Part shown: positions 1-7,834 of the stretch, in pieces
How the letters are laid out: each line of letters begins with the position of its first letter
Position numbering within the stretch: position 1 is the first letter of the stretch
From: Candidatus Hydrogenedentota bacterium
GTDB lineage: Bacteria > Hydrogenedentota > Hydrogenedentia > Hydrogenedentales > SLHB01
Length of the DNA stretch: 10,217 nucleotides
Reading direction: 5' to 3'
NCBI GenBank assembly: GCA_029974275.1
Contig: JARKSN010000272.1
Coordinates: 1 to 10,217, forward strand
Translations under genes and position numbers: made by a program
The notes under the pieces: model-generated
Seen by the model: the letters and a program-made list of their open reading frames with translations, nothing else
The model's database searches: none
What the model was told of the DNA's origin: nothing

Positions 1-1326
1 GTATTCGACAATGTTGTCGTTGCCGCCGAGCATGATCGCGATGTGGGGCGCATCGTGGATCAGGTTATGCGCCACGCGCATGCCCACGCCCGAAATCAAA
101 ATGCCCGGCTCGTAGGTCTTGTGGACTTGCCCAATGCCGTGTATATGATTGTTCTCAACAACGTTCTCGCTGGATTCCAGCGTTTTTCTGTCGCCGCCTT
201 GGATAAACACGCCGCCGCGTCCGGTCCCGGAGATATCGTTGCTTACAATGGATATGCGATGGCCGTTTGCGACATGGATGCCGAAACCGCCCGTATTTTT
301 GATCGTGTTCCCGGCGACGTTGATGTCGTGGCAGTCGCGGAGGGAGACGGCGTGCTCCTCCGTCGCTTCCATCGAGAGACGCTCAATCGTCACGTAGGCC
401 GCATGGTCAAACAAGAACAGGTTTTTGATTCGCGGCGCCACGACTTCTCTTGGCGCCCCTTTCTTTTCGGGCTGAAAATAAAGGATGCCGGTGCGCGGGT
501 CGGCGTGCCATTCGCGGGGAGCGTCCAATTCTTCAAACACATTTTGGAAGAAGAAACGGCGTCCTTGGCCGACAGGATAGGCAAATTGCTGGTCTAGCGT
601 GACGGTGCGCGTCGTCAGATCGATTGCCGAGATCGACGCGATCGTATGTATCCAGTTATAACTGGGCCAGATCGACGCCTGCGCGTCTTCAGGATGTTTC
701 CACCGGGCGGGCCTATCGCCTTGATAGCGGAACGCGGAACGCGAGGAAGAATCCGGCGCCGTCGCGGCGACGTAGGCCCACTCGCCGTCAGGCATCCAGC
801 CCTTCTTCTCGTTGGGCCAACGCGCTAGCGTCTGGCGTACGCCGTCACAGAAGAGCGCCTTCATCGACGATGCCGCAAGCCCCGATCGCCGCAGATCGCT
901 CTGCCAGATTTTCGCTGTATAGGGCGTCCAATCGGAAATCCGGACGCCGCCAAAGAGGCGGACCGTTTCGGCCTCGTATGGCCGAATGACGAGCGGGCGT
1001 TCCGATGTGCCGGAGATTTCCGCATCGATGACGATGGCCTCTGGGACGAAGTATTCGCCGCCCCGCAGGTAGATGACCGCCGGCTCCTGGAGTTCGCACG
1101 GTCGCGCCCCAGGCTCGCGCAGTCGCGCAACGGCGCGGTGGATCGTAGCATAAGGGCCATCCGTGCCTGTCGCGTTGGGCGCAGGCAGCGCCCCCGACCA
1201 TGCGTCGTTGCCCGAGGGCGCCACGTAAAAGGCGACCTCCGCGCGACTCGGAGCCGGAACCGCCAACAGGATCGTGGCCGTCCCCAGAGCAAACATCACG
1301 CCAGAAAAGCGGCCCGCAATTTTCAT
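1..1326 (-). CDS. Secreted right-handed parallel beta-helix protein, GH141-like putative glycoside hydrolase (3' end runs off the left edge)
   Basis: Absent from the ORF track because there is no stop in the window. Manual translation from ATG at 1326 is open for 442 codons to position 1: MKIAGRFSGVMFALGTATILLAVPAPSRA-EVAFYVAPSGNDAWSG...DGPYATIHRA...IYLRGGEY...VRLFGG...RQTLARWPN...NVFEELDAPREWHAD...GGDRKTL...NNHIH...VAHNLIHDAPHIAIMLGGNDNIVEY. These motifs are typical of GH141-like beta-helix proteins. Sec-type signal peptide ending S-R-A; G-rich SD-like sequence (AGGGGGGT) upstream. Confidence 0.88.
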   Translation of the reverse strand, partial: MKIAGRFSGVMFALGTATILLAVPAPSRAEVAFYVAPSGNDAWSGALPAPNATGTDGPYATIHRAVARLREPGARPCELQEPAVIYLRGGEYFVPEAIVIDAEISGTSERPLVIRPYEAETVRLFGGVRISDWTPYTAKIWQSDLRRSGLAASSMKALFCDGVRQTLARWPNEKKGWMPDGEWAYVAATAPDSSSRSAFRYQGDRPARWKHPEDAQASIWPSYNWIHTIASISAIDLTTRTVTLDQQFAYPVGQGRRFFFQNVFEELDAPREWHADPRTGILYFQPEKKGAPREVVAPRIKNLFLFDHAAYVTIERLSMEATEEHAVSLRDCHDINVAGNTIKNTGGFGIHVANGHRISIVSNDISGTGRGGVFIQGGDRKTLESSENVVENNHIHGIGQVHKTYEPGILISGVGMRVAHNLIHDAPHIAIMLGGNDNIVEY

Positions 1327-1535
1327 GATCCACCCCCCTACGGTGACGACGTTAACGGCAAGAGTCACTTTGCCTAACGGGGGAATGGATTGCAAGCTTG
1401 CTTCACCGCAGACGCTTGGAGCGCGATCGCGTCTCGCTGCGTGGAGCCAACGCGCGACGAGGGCGCCGCCGCGAACGTAGCGCATGCCATGCGAAACGCC
1501 GTTTCCCATCCACCAACTACGCCATGGTCCGCTTT

Positions 1536-2027
1536 TTAGGTGCGCGCTTTGAGAAACGCCTCGATGATTTCGCATGCTTCACGGGCTTTTTGCTCGTCGA
1601 TGCGCTGACCTTCGATGACGGAACGCTGAAAATCAATGGAACTCGCGACGCCGCTATCCTCAACGAATCCCAGGCTCATCGTTTTCTTCAGGAAATAATA
1701 CACGATGCCCACGATCGCCCCTACCCCAAATGTGAAGACGCCGAAAAGAATGCCCAGCGCCACGGCTTCTTTCCACGGTTTGCGGTACCCATAAAACGTG
1801 GAGCTCACTTTGCTGATCGGAATGATGCGCCGGAAACTCCCCGCCAGGGAACCCTGTTCGAACAGCACCCTGTCTGGATAGACGTGGATGGAAACGATAG
1901 GGCTTATCCCCAACAAGGCGAGCAGCCAGGAGAGAAGCCCTCCCGCCCGGCCGTGAATCTCGATGTTGGGTTTGTCCTGTTGCGGTTCGAGCGTGCAGTG
2001 CCATGACTTGATGACGTACGTGGACAT
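1536..2027 (-). CDS. Hypothetical membrane protein, 163 aa
   Basis: 3' part of the 1536..3002 ORF. ATG at 2027 is preceded by a strong SD (GGGAGGGA). MSTYVIKSW...GRAGGLLSWLLALLGI...AVALGILFGVFTFGVGAIVGIVYYFL...FQRSVIEG is protein-like and has a hydrophobic segment. The upstream part of the ORF is intergenic or antisense to the GH78 gene. Confidence 0.8.
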   Translation of the reverse strand: MSTYVIKSWHCTLEPQQDKPNIEIHGRAGGLLSWLLALLGISPIVSIHVYPDRVLFEQGSLAGSFRRIIPISKVSSTFYGYRKPWKEAVALGILFGVFTFGVGAIVGIVYYFLKKTMSLGFVEDSGVASSIDFQRSVIEGQRIDEQKAREACEIIEAFLKART

Positions 2028-2268
2028 AGTTCCCTCCCGTATGCTTCGAGCCCGTCCCCTGATTCCCTGGACACGAATGCGCGGCGGACCGACGATGTGT
2101 TTTTCGGGACATGACGCCGATAGCCTCCCTACGCCATCGCTCGCTGGCCCCATCTCCGATGAGGTTGCCCCGACATTCCTCGACGGCCCCCCTCGAGCCT
2201 GAATAAAACGCCTTCCTGCGCGAGGGACGAACGCCATCAAAACCATCTCCGGTTCCATCGGCAATGCT

Positions 2269-2297
2269 AGTCTACCATGTCTATGAAACGGTTGCAA
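2269..2297 (-). promoter_or_regulatory. Putative sigma70 promoter for the leftward genes
   Basis: Minus strand reads TTGCAA (2297-2292), a 17-nt spacer, then TAGACT (2274-2269), with an extended -10 TG (TGgTAGACT). Confidence 0.55.
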
Positions 2298-2322
2298 CGC
2301 ATATGTCGGGTCCGATGAAATC

Positions 2323-2351
2323 GTGCGAAATGCAATGCCGCGCGCTATACT
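2323..2351 (+). promoter_or_regulatory. Putative sigma70 promoter for the GH78 gene
   Basis: GTGCGA (2323-2328), a 17-nt spacer, then TATACT (2346-2351), about 55 nt upstream of the ATG at 2406. Good -10, weak -35. Confidence 0.45.
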
Positions 2352-2405
2352 CCCGTCCGCATCTCTCAACGTGGCGATCGGTTGCACTACAGTCGAGGAG
2401 AGCCC

Positions 2406-5237
2406 ATGAAATTCACGGCAAAATGGATTTGGAAGAAACAGGCGAATTACAACGCGTACAACCAGACGATTCTGGCGCGCCGCACGTTCCATGCCCCGCG
2501 CGTGCGGGAGGCGACCGTTGCGATCGCGGCGGACAGCTTTTATAGGTTGTACATCAACGGCGAGTGGGTGAACGACGGCCCCTGTCGCAGTTGGCCCAAG
2601 CATTACCAATATGACGTTATTGATGTGACGCCGTATCTGCGCATAGGGGACAACGAGGCGTTGATCGTGGCGCGCTATTTCGGCGCGGGCACGTTTCATC
2701 AGGTTCCGCAGCAAGCCGGCCTTCTCGCCCAGTTCGATATCGCGCCGGAAAAGGGGAAGCCTATTGTCGTCGGGACGGACGCCTCCTGGCAGGTCGCCGA
2801 GGCCGAGGGGTGGGCGCGCATGACCCCCAAGGTCAGCATCCAGATGGAGCCGTGGGAGCACTACGATGCACGGCGCGCCCAGACGGCCCGTTTCGGCCCC
2901 GCAGCCGAATTGTTTGCGGCGGATCAAGGCCCGTGGAAAGACCTCAACCCGCGCGATGTCGCACTCCTTACGCGACAGCCCTTCGCCCTCAAACGCTTTC
3001 ACGGCGCGAACGTCGTGCGGCCCAGAACTCTAGGCCCCACTTTCCTCACCGCACACATGTTGCATCCCGGTCTCGTCGAGGCGAACCATTCCTGCAGCAT
3101 GGCCCACGCGCTGGCGACGACGATCGTCGCGAAAAGAACAGGGACAGTGACCCTGGATTTCCCATTCCACGACGTGACGGTCAATGGATCCGCGGGCAAG
3201 AACGGAGTGTTTCGCGTCAAGGCGGGACGCAACCTGCTGTTCGCCGCCTATCGCGTCGTCTGTACGCATGACAAGGACGCCCACATCCGTTCGCTTCAAC
3301 TGGGCGGCGCCTCCCTTGAAAATCCGTTAACCGGCAGGCGCGACATGCCGTGGTGCTATGCTACGCTTCCGGAGACCGCCTACGTCGGCAACGACATGAT
3401 TTTCATGGGGCATAAAGACCCTGTTCGGGATGACGTCGAGGTTGCAGCGAAGAGGAGGCTGGAAGAATGGCGCGCCGCGATTCATGACGAATCCACCTTT
3501 AAGACCGTCACGAAAGGCGCGGCGAAACCTGTGCCGCGCGACTGCTTCTTCACCGAGGACGCCGCGCTCGATTTCTTTGCCCGCGACCCGATTGCCCCGG
3601 CGCACAGCCTGATCGCTTCGCCGGAAGCCTTGATGCACGATACGCCTGAAGCTACGGTCGTGAAACCGTCGCGCGACGGCGATATTGAATTGGCCTATGA
3701 TTTCGGCGAGCAGACCTGCGGCTACTATAGTCTTGACATCAGCGCGCCCGCAGGCACGATTGTCGATATCTTTTCACTCGAGTACATCTCCGACGACGGC
3801 GCAGTCCAACTTCCGTGGGGCAACCGAAACGGGATGCGGTATGTCTGTCGTGAAGGCCGCAATCAGTTCGTCTCGTTGAGGCGGCGAGCGGGCCGCTACG
3901 TCTTCATCACGCTGCGTGCTATGACCGGGCCTGTAGAATTGCGCAAGGTGTCGTTGATCGAGTCCACGTATCCGGTCAACCACGCAGGCAGTTTCGCGTG
4001 CAGCGATCCGCATCTCGACAGGATCTGGGAGATCAGCGCCCGCACGTTGAAGCTCTGCATGGAAGACACCTTCACCGATTGCCCGCTCTACGAGCAGACC
4101 CTCTGGGTGGGCGATGCGCGCAATGAGGCCCTCTTCGCGATGACGGCCTTTGGTGCGGAAGACCTTGCCAAACGTTGTGCGACCTTGACGGCGCAGTCGC
4201 TGGACCTCTTTCCGATGGTCGGATGCCAAGTGCCTTCGGCGTGGGAGTGCATTCTTCCCGCGTGGAGTTTCCTGTGGGGAATTTCCGTGTGGGACTGCTA
4301 CTTCTACAGCGGCGACGAGAAGTTCTTGCGGAAAATGTGGCGGTATGTGAAGGCGAATCTCAAGGGCACGGAGAGATTGTGCGCAGACAAGGGCCTCTTT
4401 AGCGCTCCTTACTGGAATCTGCTGGAATGGGCCGGAAACGACGATAACCACCGAACTGTCATTCACAACAATCTGTTGATTGTCGGCGCAATCGATGCCG
4501 CGTTGAAGTGCGCCGTCGTCTTGAAAGACGCCGCGACGCAGAAATGGTTGCGGGCGTTTCGCGCGCGAATCATCAAGGCGACGACTGCCTATTGGGACAC
4601 GCGCAAACGCGCCTACCCCGACAGTATCCACGAGGATGGGACGATTAGCCCCGTTACCTCGCAGCATACGAGCATGCTCGCACTCCTGCACGACGTGATT
4701 CCGGAAAAGGATCGCAAGCTTGCGCTGAAGAACTGCCTGACGCCGCCGGAGGGAATGATCCGGATCGCATCGGGCTTTGCCATGATGTTCATGTATGAGG
4801 CACTGGAAAAAGAAGGCTGCAACGATGACATCCTTGCCTCGATGCGCGAATCGTACTTGCCGATGCTGAAGGCAGGCGCGACAACAGTATGGGAAGTCTT
4901 TCCATCCAGTTGGGCGCGCCCCGAAGGTTTCCCCACCCGCAGTCATTGCCACGCATGGTCGAGTGCGCCGGTCTATTTCCTGAACCGGATAACACTCGGG
5001 ATTCGGCAGACGTCAGTCGGCGGCGCTGCCTATGCGATCAGCCCGTGGGTGAAGGACCTCAATTTCGCAAAGGGTGTGAGCGCGACGTGCAACGGCCCCG
5101 TGTCTGTTCGTTGGGAGAAGAACGAAAAGAATCTTGCCGTGATTGCCTCGGCGCCTGTGGGCGTGAAACTGAAGTTCGTGCGCAATGAGACGCACCGGGG
5201 GATGACCATCACGTTTAACGGGAAAGTTGTTCGTTAG
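2406..5237 (+). CDS. GH78 family (alpha-L-rhamnosidase-like) glycoside hydrolase, 943 aa, no signal peptide
   Basis: SD GAGGAG at 2395-2400 before ATG 2406. N-terminal AKWIW...ADSFYRLYINGEWV..GP...YDVIDVTPYL; YDFGEQ; GSFACSDPHLDRIW; catalytic-domain motifs DCPLYEQTLWVGDAR, GATTVWE and SHCHAWS; C-terminal GPVSVRW. Confidence 0.9.
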   Translation: MKFTAKWIWKKQANYNAYNQTILARRTFHAPRVREATVAIAADSFYRLYINGEWVNDGPCRSWPKHYQYDVIDVTPYLRIGDNEALIVARYFGAGTFHQVPQQAGLLAQFDIAPEKGKPIVVGTDASWQVAEAEGWARMTPKVSIQMEPWEHYDARRAQTARFGPAAELFAADQGPWKDLNPRDVALLTRQPFALKRFHGANVVRPRTLGPTFLTAHMLHPGLVEANHSCSMAHALATTIVAKRTGTVTLDFPFHDVTVNGSAGKNGVFRVKAGRNLLFAAYRVVCTHDKDAHIRSLQLGGASLENPLTGRRDMPWCYATLPETAYVGNDMIFMGHKDPVRDDVEVAAKRRLEEWRAAIHDESTFKTVTKGAAKPVPRDCFFTEDAALDFFARDPIAPAHSLIASPEALMHDTPEATVVKPSRDGDIELAYDFGEQTCGYYSLDISAPAGTIVDIFSLEYISDDGAVQLPWGNRNGMRYVCREGRNQFVSLRRRAGRYVFITLRAMTGPVELRKVSLIESTYPVNHAGSFACSDPHLDRIWEISARTLKLCMEDTFTDCPLYEQTLWVGDARNEALFAMTAFGAEDLAKRCATLTAQSLDLFPMVGCQVPSAWECILPAWSFLWGISVWDCYFYSGDEKFLRKMWRYVKANLKGTERLCADKGLFSAPYWNLLEWAGNDDNHRTVIHNNLLIVGAIDAALKCAVVLKDAATQKWLRAFRARIIKATTAYWDTRKRAYPDSIHEDGTISPVTSQHTSMLALLHDVIPEKDRKLALKNCLTPPEGMIRIASGFAMMFMYEALEKEGCNDDILASMRESYLPMLKAGATTVWEVFPSSWARPEGFPTRSHCHAWSSAPVYFLNRITLGIRQTSVGGAAYAISPWVKDLNFAKGVSATCNGPVSVRWEKNEKNLAVIASAPVGVKLKFVRNETHRGMTITFNGKVVR

Positions 5238-6168
5238 CAGTCGTAAGAGTTGGCCCAACAATAAGGCGGATTGCCTTGGGGATAAGCGAAATCTCCAGCG
5301 GCAATCCGCCAGGTTGTTCTCCGTCGATGTTGACGAGGACATTGCTGTCCGAGCGCGCGGTGATATGTTTGGCGCGGATGTACCGCACTTTGTCGACGCG
5401 ACGGTGCAGGCCGCCGAGATAGACCTTGGGGAGATTGACGAACGACTCGATTTTTCCGACGTCGCCGATGACGTAGACATCAAAAAGGCCGTTGTCCAAC
5501 TGTGCAAAGGGCGCGACGTGCATGCCGCCGCCGTAGTATTGGCCCTTTGCGACGATGATGTTGCTGAACACGCCGCGCAACGGCTCGCCGTCGAAAGTCA
5601 GTTCCATCTCTGCGTTCGTATGGGTCGCGATGGCGGTGAGCACGCCCCATAGAAACGACGCAAACCCGCCGAAGAACTTGCTGGATGCATTCACGCGCCG
5701 CACGACTTCGCCACCGATCCCAAAATCGGTGATGTTCATAAAGTGGCGTGTCTGTGTTGTGCCATCGCTCGCGCGGAATCGCACGCGCCCAACGTCGACT
5801 GCTTTCAAGGTTGCAGTGCGAAGCGCCTGAATCGCGGCGGGGCCCTTCGGTATCCGTACCGTGCGCACAAAGTCGCCGCCGGTCCCAAATGGAATGAACC
5901 CCAAAATCGCATCGGGCCGCACCAGCGCCGCGCCATCAAAAAAACCGTTCAACACCTCATTGTGCGTGCCGTCGCCACCGGCACTCACGATGCGCTCGCA
6001 CCCCGACCGCAACGCCGCTCGCGCGAGCTCGCATGCATGCCCGCGGCGTTCGGTGCGCAACACCTCGCAATTTCCCAACGCCTCACGCACCACGGGTTCC
6101 AGTCGGGGCCACTCGCGCCTCAATCGGCCATTTGCCGCAGCAGGATTGATGATGATGGCGGTTTTCAT
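5215..6168 (-). CDS. Diacylglycerol kinase family lipid kinase (YegS/Rv2252/BmrU-like), 317 aa
   Basis: Motifs INPAAANG, GGDGT..EV.NG, IPFGTGGDF, DVG, YYGGG, DNGLFDV and IDGE. Start placed at ATG 6168 (MKTAIIINP) because the ORF-track extension to 6213 lies in a palindromic repeat. The 3' end overlaps the convergent GH78 gene by 23 nt. Confidence 0.9.
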   Translation of the reverse strand: MKTAIIINPAAANGRLRREWPRLEPVVREALGNCEVLRTERRGHACELARAALRSGCERIVSAGGDGTHNEVLNGFFDGAALVRPDAILGFIPFGTGGDFVRTVRIPKGPAAIQALRTATLKAVDVGRVRFRASDGTTQTRHFMNITDFGIGGEVVRRVNASSKFFGGFASFLWGVLTAIATHTNAEMELTFDGEPLRGVFSNIIVAKGQYYGGGMHVAPFAQLDNGLFDVYVIGDVGKIESFVNLPKVYLGGLHRRVDKVRYIRAKHITARSDSNVLVNIDGEQPGGLPLEISLIPKAIRLIVGPTLTTANEQLSR

Positions 6169-6179
6169 GATTTTGGAAA

Positions 6180-6329
6180 TTGGGGAACCCTTCTTGGAAG
6201 AAGGGTTCCCCAAACCCCTCCCAAGAACTTTTCAGTGGCTCCGCTGGACCGACCACGGAGTGCGAAGCCGGTAAAAGTTTCTAGAAAGGGGTCTGGGGAA
6301 AACCTCTTTTCAAAGAGGTTTTCCCCAGA
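6180..6329. repeat. REP/REPIN-like doublet: two related hairpin units in inverted orientation around a 40-nt spacer
   Basis: Perfect 16-bp IR (6180-6195/6198-6213, TTGGGGAACCCTTCTT) and perfect 18-bp IR (6292-6309/6312-6329, TCTGGGGAAAACCTCTTT). The units 6180-6232 (reverse complement) and 6273-6329 share the pattern AAAAGTT..AGGGGT(C/T)TGGGGAA...TTCCCCA. Confidence 0.8.
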
Positions 6330-6333
6330 TGTC

Positions 6334-7764
6334 CTATACCCTCACATCCGATTTCTTGCCCAATGCGTTTTGATATCGTTCCAATACCGGTTTGATGTCG
6401 TTCTCGACAAATTCGATGACTTGTTGCGGGGCGCGCCCGACGAACTCGCGCATATCGAGGACTGCGTTGATTTCATCGCGCGTCATGCCGATGGCCGGAT
6501 CGCCTGCGAGGCGGTCGAGCAAGTCGTTGTCCTTGCCCTCATCCTTGACGGCGGTGGCAGCGGCGTGACTGTGCATGCGGATGACTTCGTGCAACTCCTG
6601 ACGATCGCCGCCGCGCTTCACGCCCGCCATGATGATGTTCTCCGTCGCCATGAACGGCAGCTCCGCCATCAGGTGCTTCTCGATCACTTTTGGATGCACG
6701 ACGGGGTCTTCAATGATGCTCAAGTACAGGTTCAACACACCATCCGCCGCGAGGAAGGCTTCCGGCAAACTGAGACGCCGGATCGCGGAATCGTCCAGCG
6801 TGCGTTCAAACCATTGCACCGCCGACGTAAAGCCCGTGTGAATTGGCGCGGCAATGAGGAATCGGCCCAAGGCACACGCGCGCTCGCACCGCATCGGATT
6901 ACGCTTGTACGCCATCGCCGAACTGCCGACCTGCTTCTCGCCGAAGGGCTCTTCGATTTCCTTCAGGTTCTGCAGCAGGCGCATGTCCATGCCGAACTTG
7001 TGCACCGTCTCGCCCAACGCCGCCAACGCGCGCAATACATGTGTATCGACCTTGCGCGGATACGTCTGCCCGGTGACCGGGTAGGCTTTCGCGAAACCCA
7101 ACTTCTCCGCGACGCGTTGATCGAGCTTGCGGCACATCTCGGAATCGTTGGTGAACAACGCCATGAACGACGCCTGCGTGCCGGTCGTCCCTTTCGCGCC
7201 ACGACACCGCAAACGGGCGCGCGCCTCTTCCAAATCTTCGATGTCGAAGAGCAGGTCCTGCGCCCACAAACAAGCGCGCTTGCCCACCGTGACCACCTGC
7301 GCCGGCTGGTAGTGCGTGTACCCGAGCGTGGGGAGGTCTTTCCACTTCATCGCAAAATCGACGAGCTTGGCCAGCACGTTCACCGCTTTCGCGATGAGCA
7401 AGTCCAACCCGTCGCGCATGAGCATGAGATCCGTGTTGTCCGTGACATAACAACTCGTCGCGCCGAGGTGGATGATCGGTTTCGCGGATGGTGCAACAAG
7501 TCCATAAGCATGGATATGTGCCATCACATCGTGCCGTGTTTCCCGCTCGAAGGCCTCCGCCGTCGCGAAATCGATGTCCTCGACATGCGCACGCATCTCA
7601 TCCAACTGCGCGTCCGTGATCGACAGCCCCAACTCCTGCTCCGCCTCGGCCAACGCGATCCAACACCTGCGCCACGTCGAGAATTTCTTCTGCGGACTCC
7701 ACAGTTGGATCATTTCCTTTGTTGCAACACGCTGTACAAGCGGACTGACATATTCGGTGGTCAT
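6334..7764 (-). CDS. purB: Adenylosuccinate lyase (ADSL/ADE13-like subtype), 476 aa
   Basis: Fumarase/ASL superfamily signature GSSAMAYKRNP; RHDVMAH, IHLGATS, GYTHYQPAQ, RGAKGTTGTQAS, TGQTYPRK and QWFERTLDDSA. ATG 7764 is preceded by SD AGAGGA. Confidence 0.96.
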   Translation of the reverse strand: MTTEYVSPLVQRVATKEMIQLWSPQKKFSTWRRCWIALAEAEQELGLSITDAQLDEMRAHVEDIDFATAEAFERETRHDVMAHIHAYGLVAPSAKPIIHLGATSCYVTDNTDLMLMRDGLDLLIAKAVNVLAKLVDFAMKWKDLPTLGYTHYQPAQVVTVGKRACLWAQDLLFDIEDLEEARARLRCRGAKGTTGTQASFMALFTNDSEMCRKLDQRVAEKLGFAKAYPVTGQTYPRKVDTHVLRALAALGETVHKFGMDMRLLQNLKEIEEPFGEKQVGSSAMAYKRNPMRCERACALGRFLIAAPIHTGFTSAVQWFERTLDDSAIRRLSLPEAFLAADGVLNLYLSIIEDPVVHPKVIEKHLMAELPFMATENIIMAGVKRGGDRQELHEVIRMHSHAAATAVKDEGKDNDLLDRLAGDPAIGMTRDEINAVLDMREFVGRAPQQVIEFVENDIKPVLERYQNALGKKSDVRV

Positions 7765-7787
7765 CTCAGACAATTCCTCTAGTCTTT

Positions 7788-7834
7788 GTAGCGCCCGGTC
7801 TCCGTGCCGGGCGGTCTTAAACTTTTTCGTGAAT
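7788..7834 (+). repeat. Left arm: GTAG-type REP-like palindrome plus tail
   Basis: GTAG followed by hairpin CGCCCGG-TCTCCGTG-CCGGGCG. 42/47 identical to the reverse complement of 8380-8426. A truncated inverted copy (CGCCCGGC) follows at 7837-7844. Confidence 0.85.

Noticed and set aside
1368..1395. Possible promoter TTGCAA-17-CAAAGT for the beta-helix gene
   Set aside because: The -10 match is too weak to call.
43..1480. Several short ORFs on both strands (43..597, 624..989, 845..1333, 861..1292 and others)
   Set aside because: All overlap the better-supported beta-helix gene at 1..1326 and have shadow-like or Arg/Ala/Pro-rich composition.
1477..1520. GTAG-CGCATGCCATGCG mini-hairpin with a distant CTAC
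   Set aside because: Stem too short and unrelated to the REP at 7788/8426; compatible with chance.
2110..2245. Fluoride riboswitch-like GATGGCGTTC on the minus strand
   Set aside because: No P1 pairing and no downstream GAUGAC-type pseudoknot partner on the same strand; gene context does not fit.
2265..3002. Upstream part of the 488-aa minus-strand ORF 1536..3002
   Set aside because: Antisense to the GH78 5' region and crosses both predicted promoters. The supported start is 2027.
3774..4952. 392-aa minus-strand ORF
   Set aside because: Codon-aligned antisense shadow of the GH78 catalytic domain.
5743..7782. 679-aa plus-strand ORF
   Set aside because: Antisense shadow of purB and the lipid kinase, reading through a repeat, with no recognisable motifs. 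Such ORFs are common opposite GC-rich genes.
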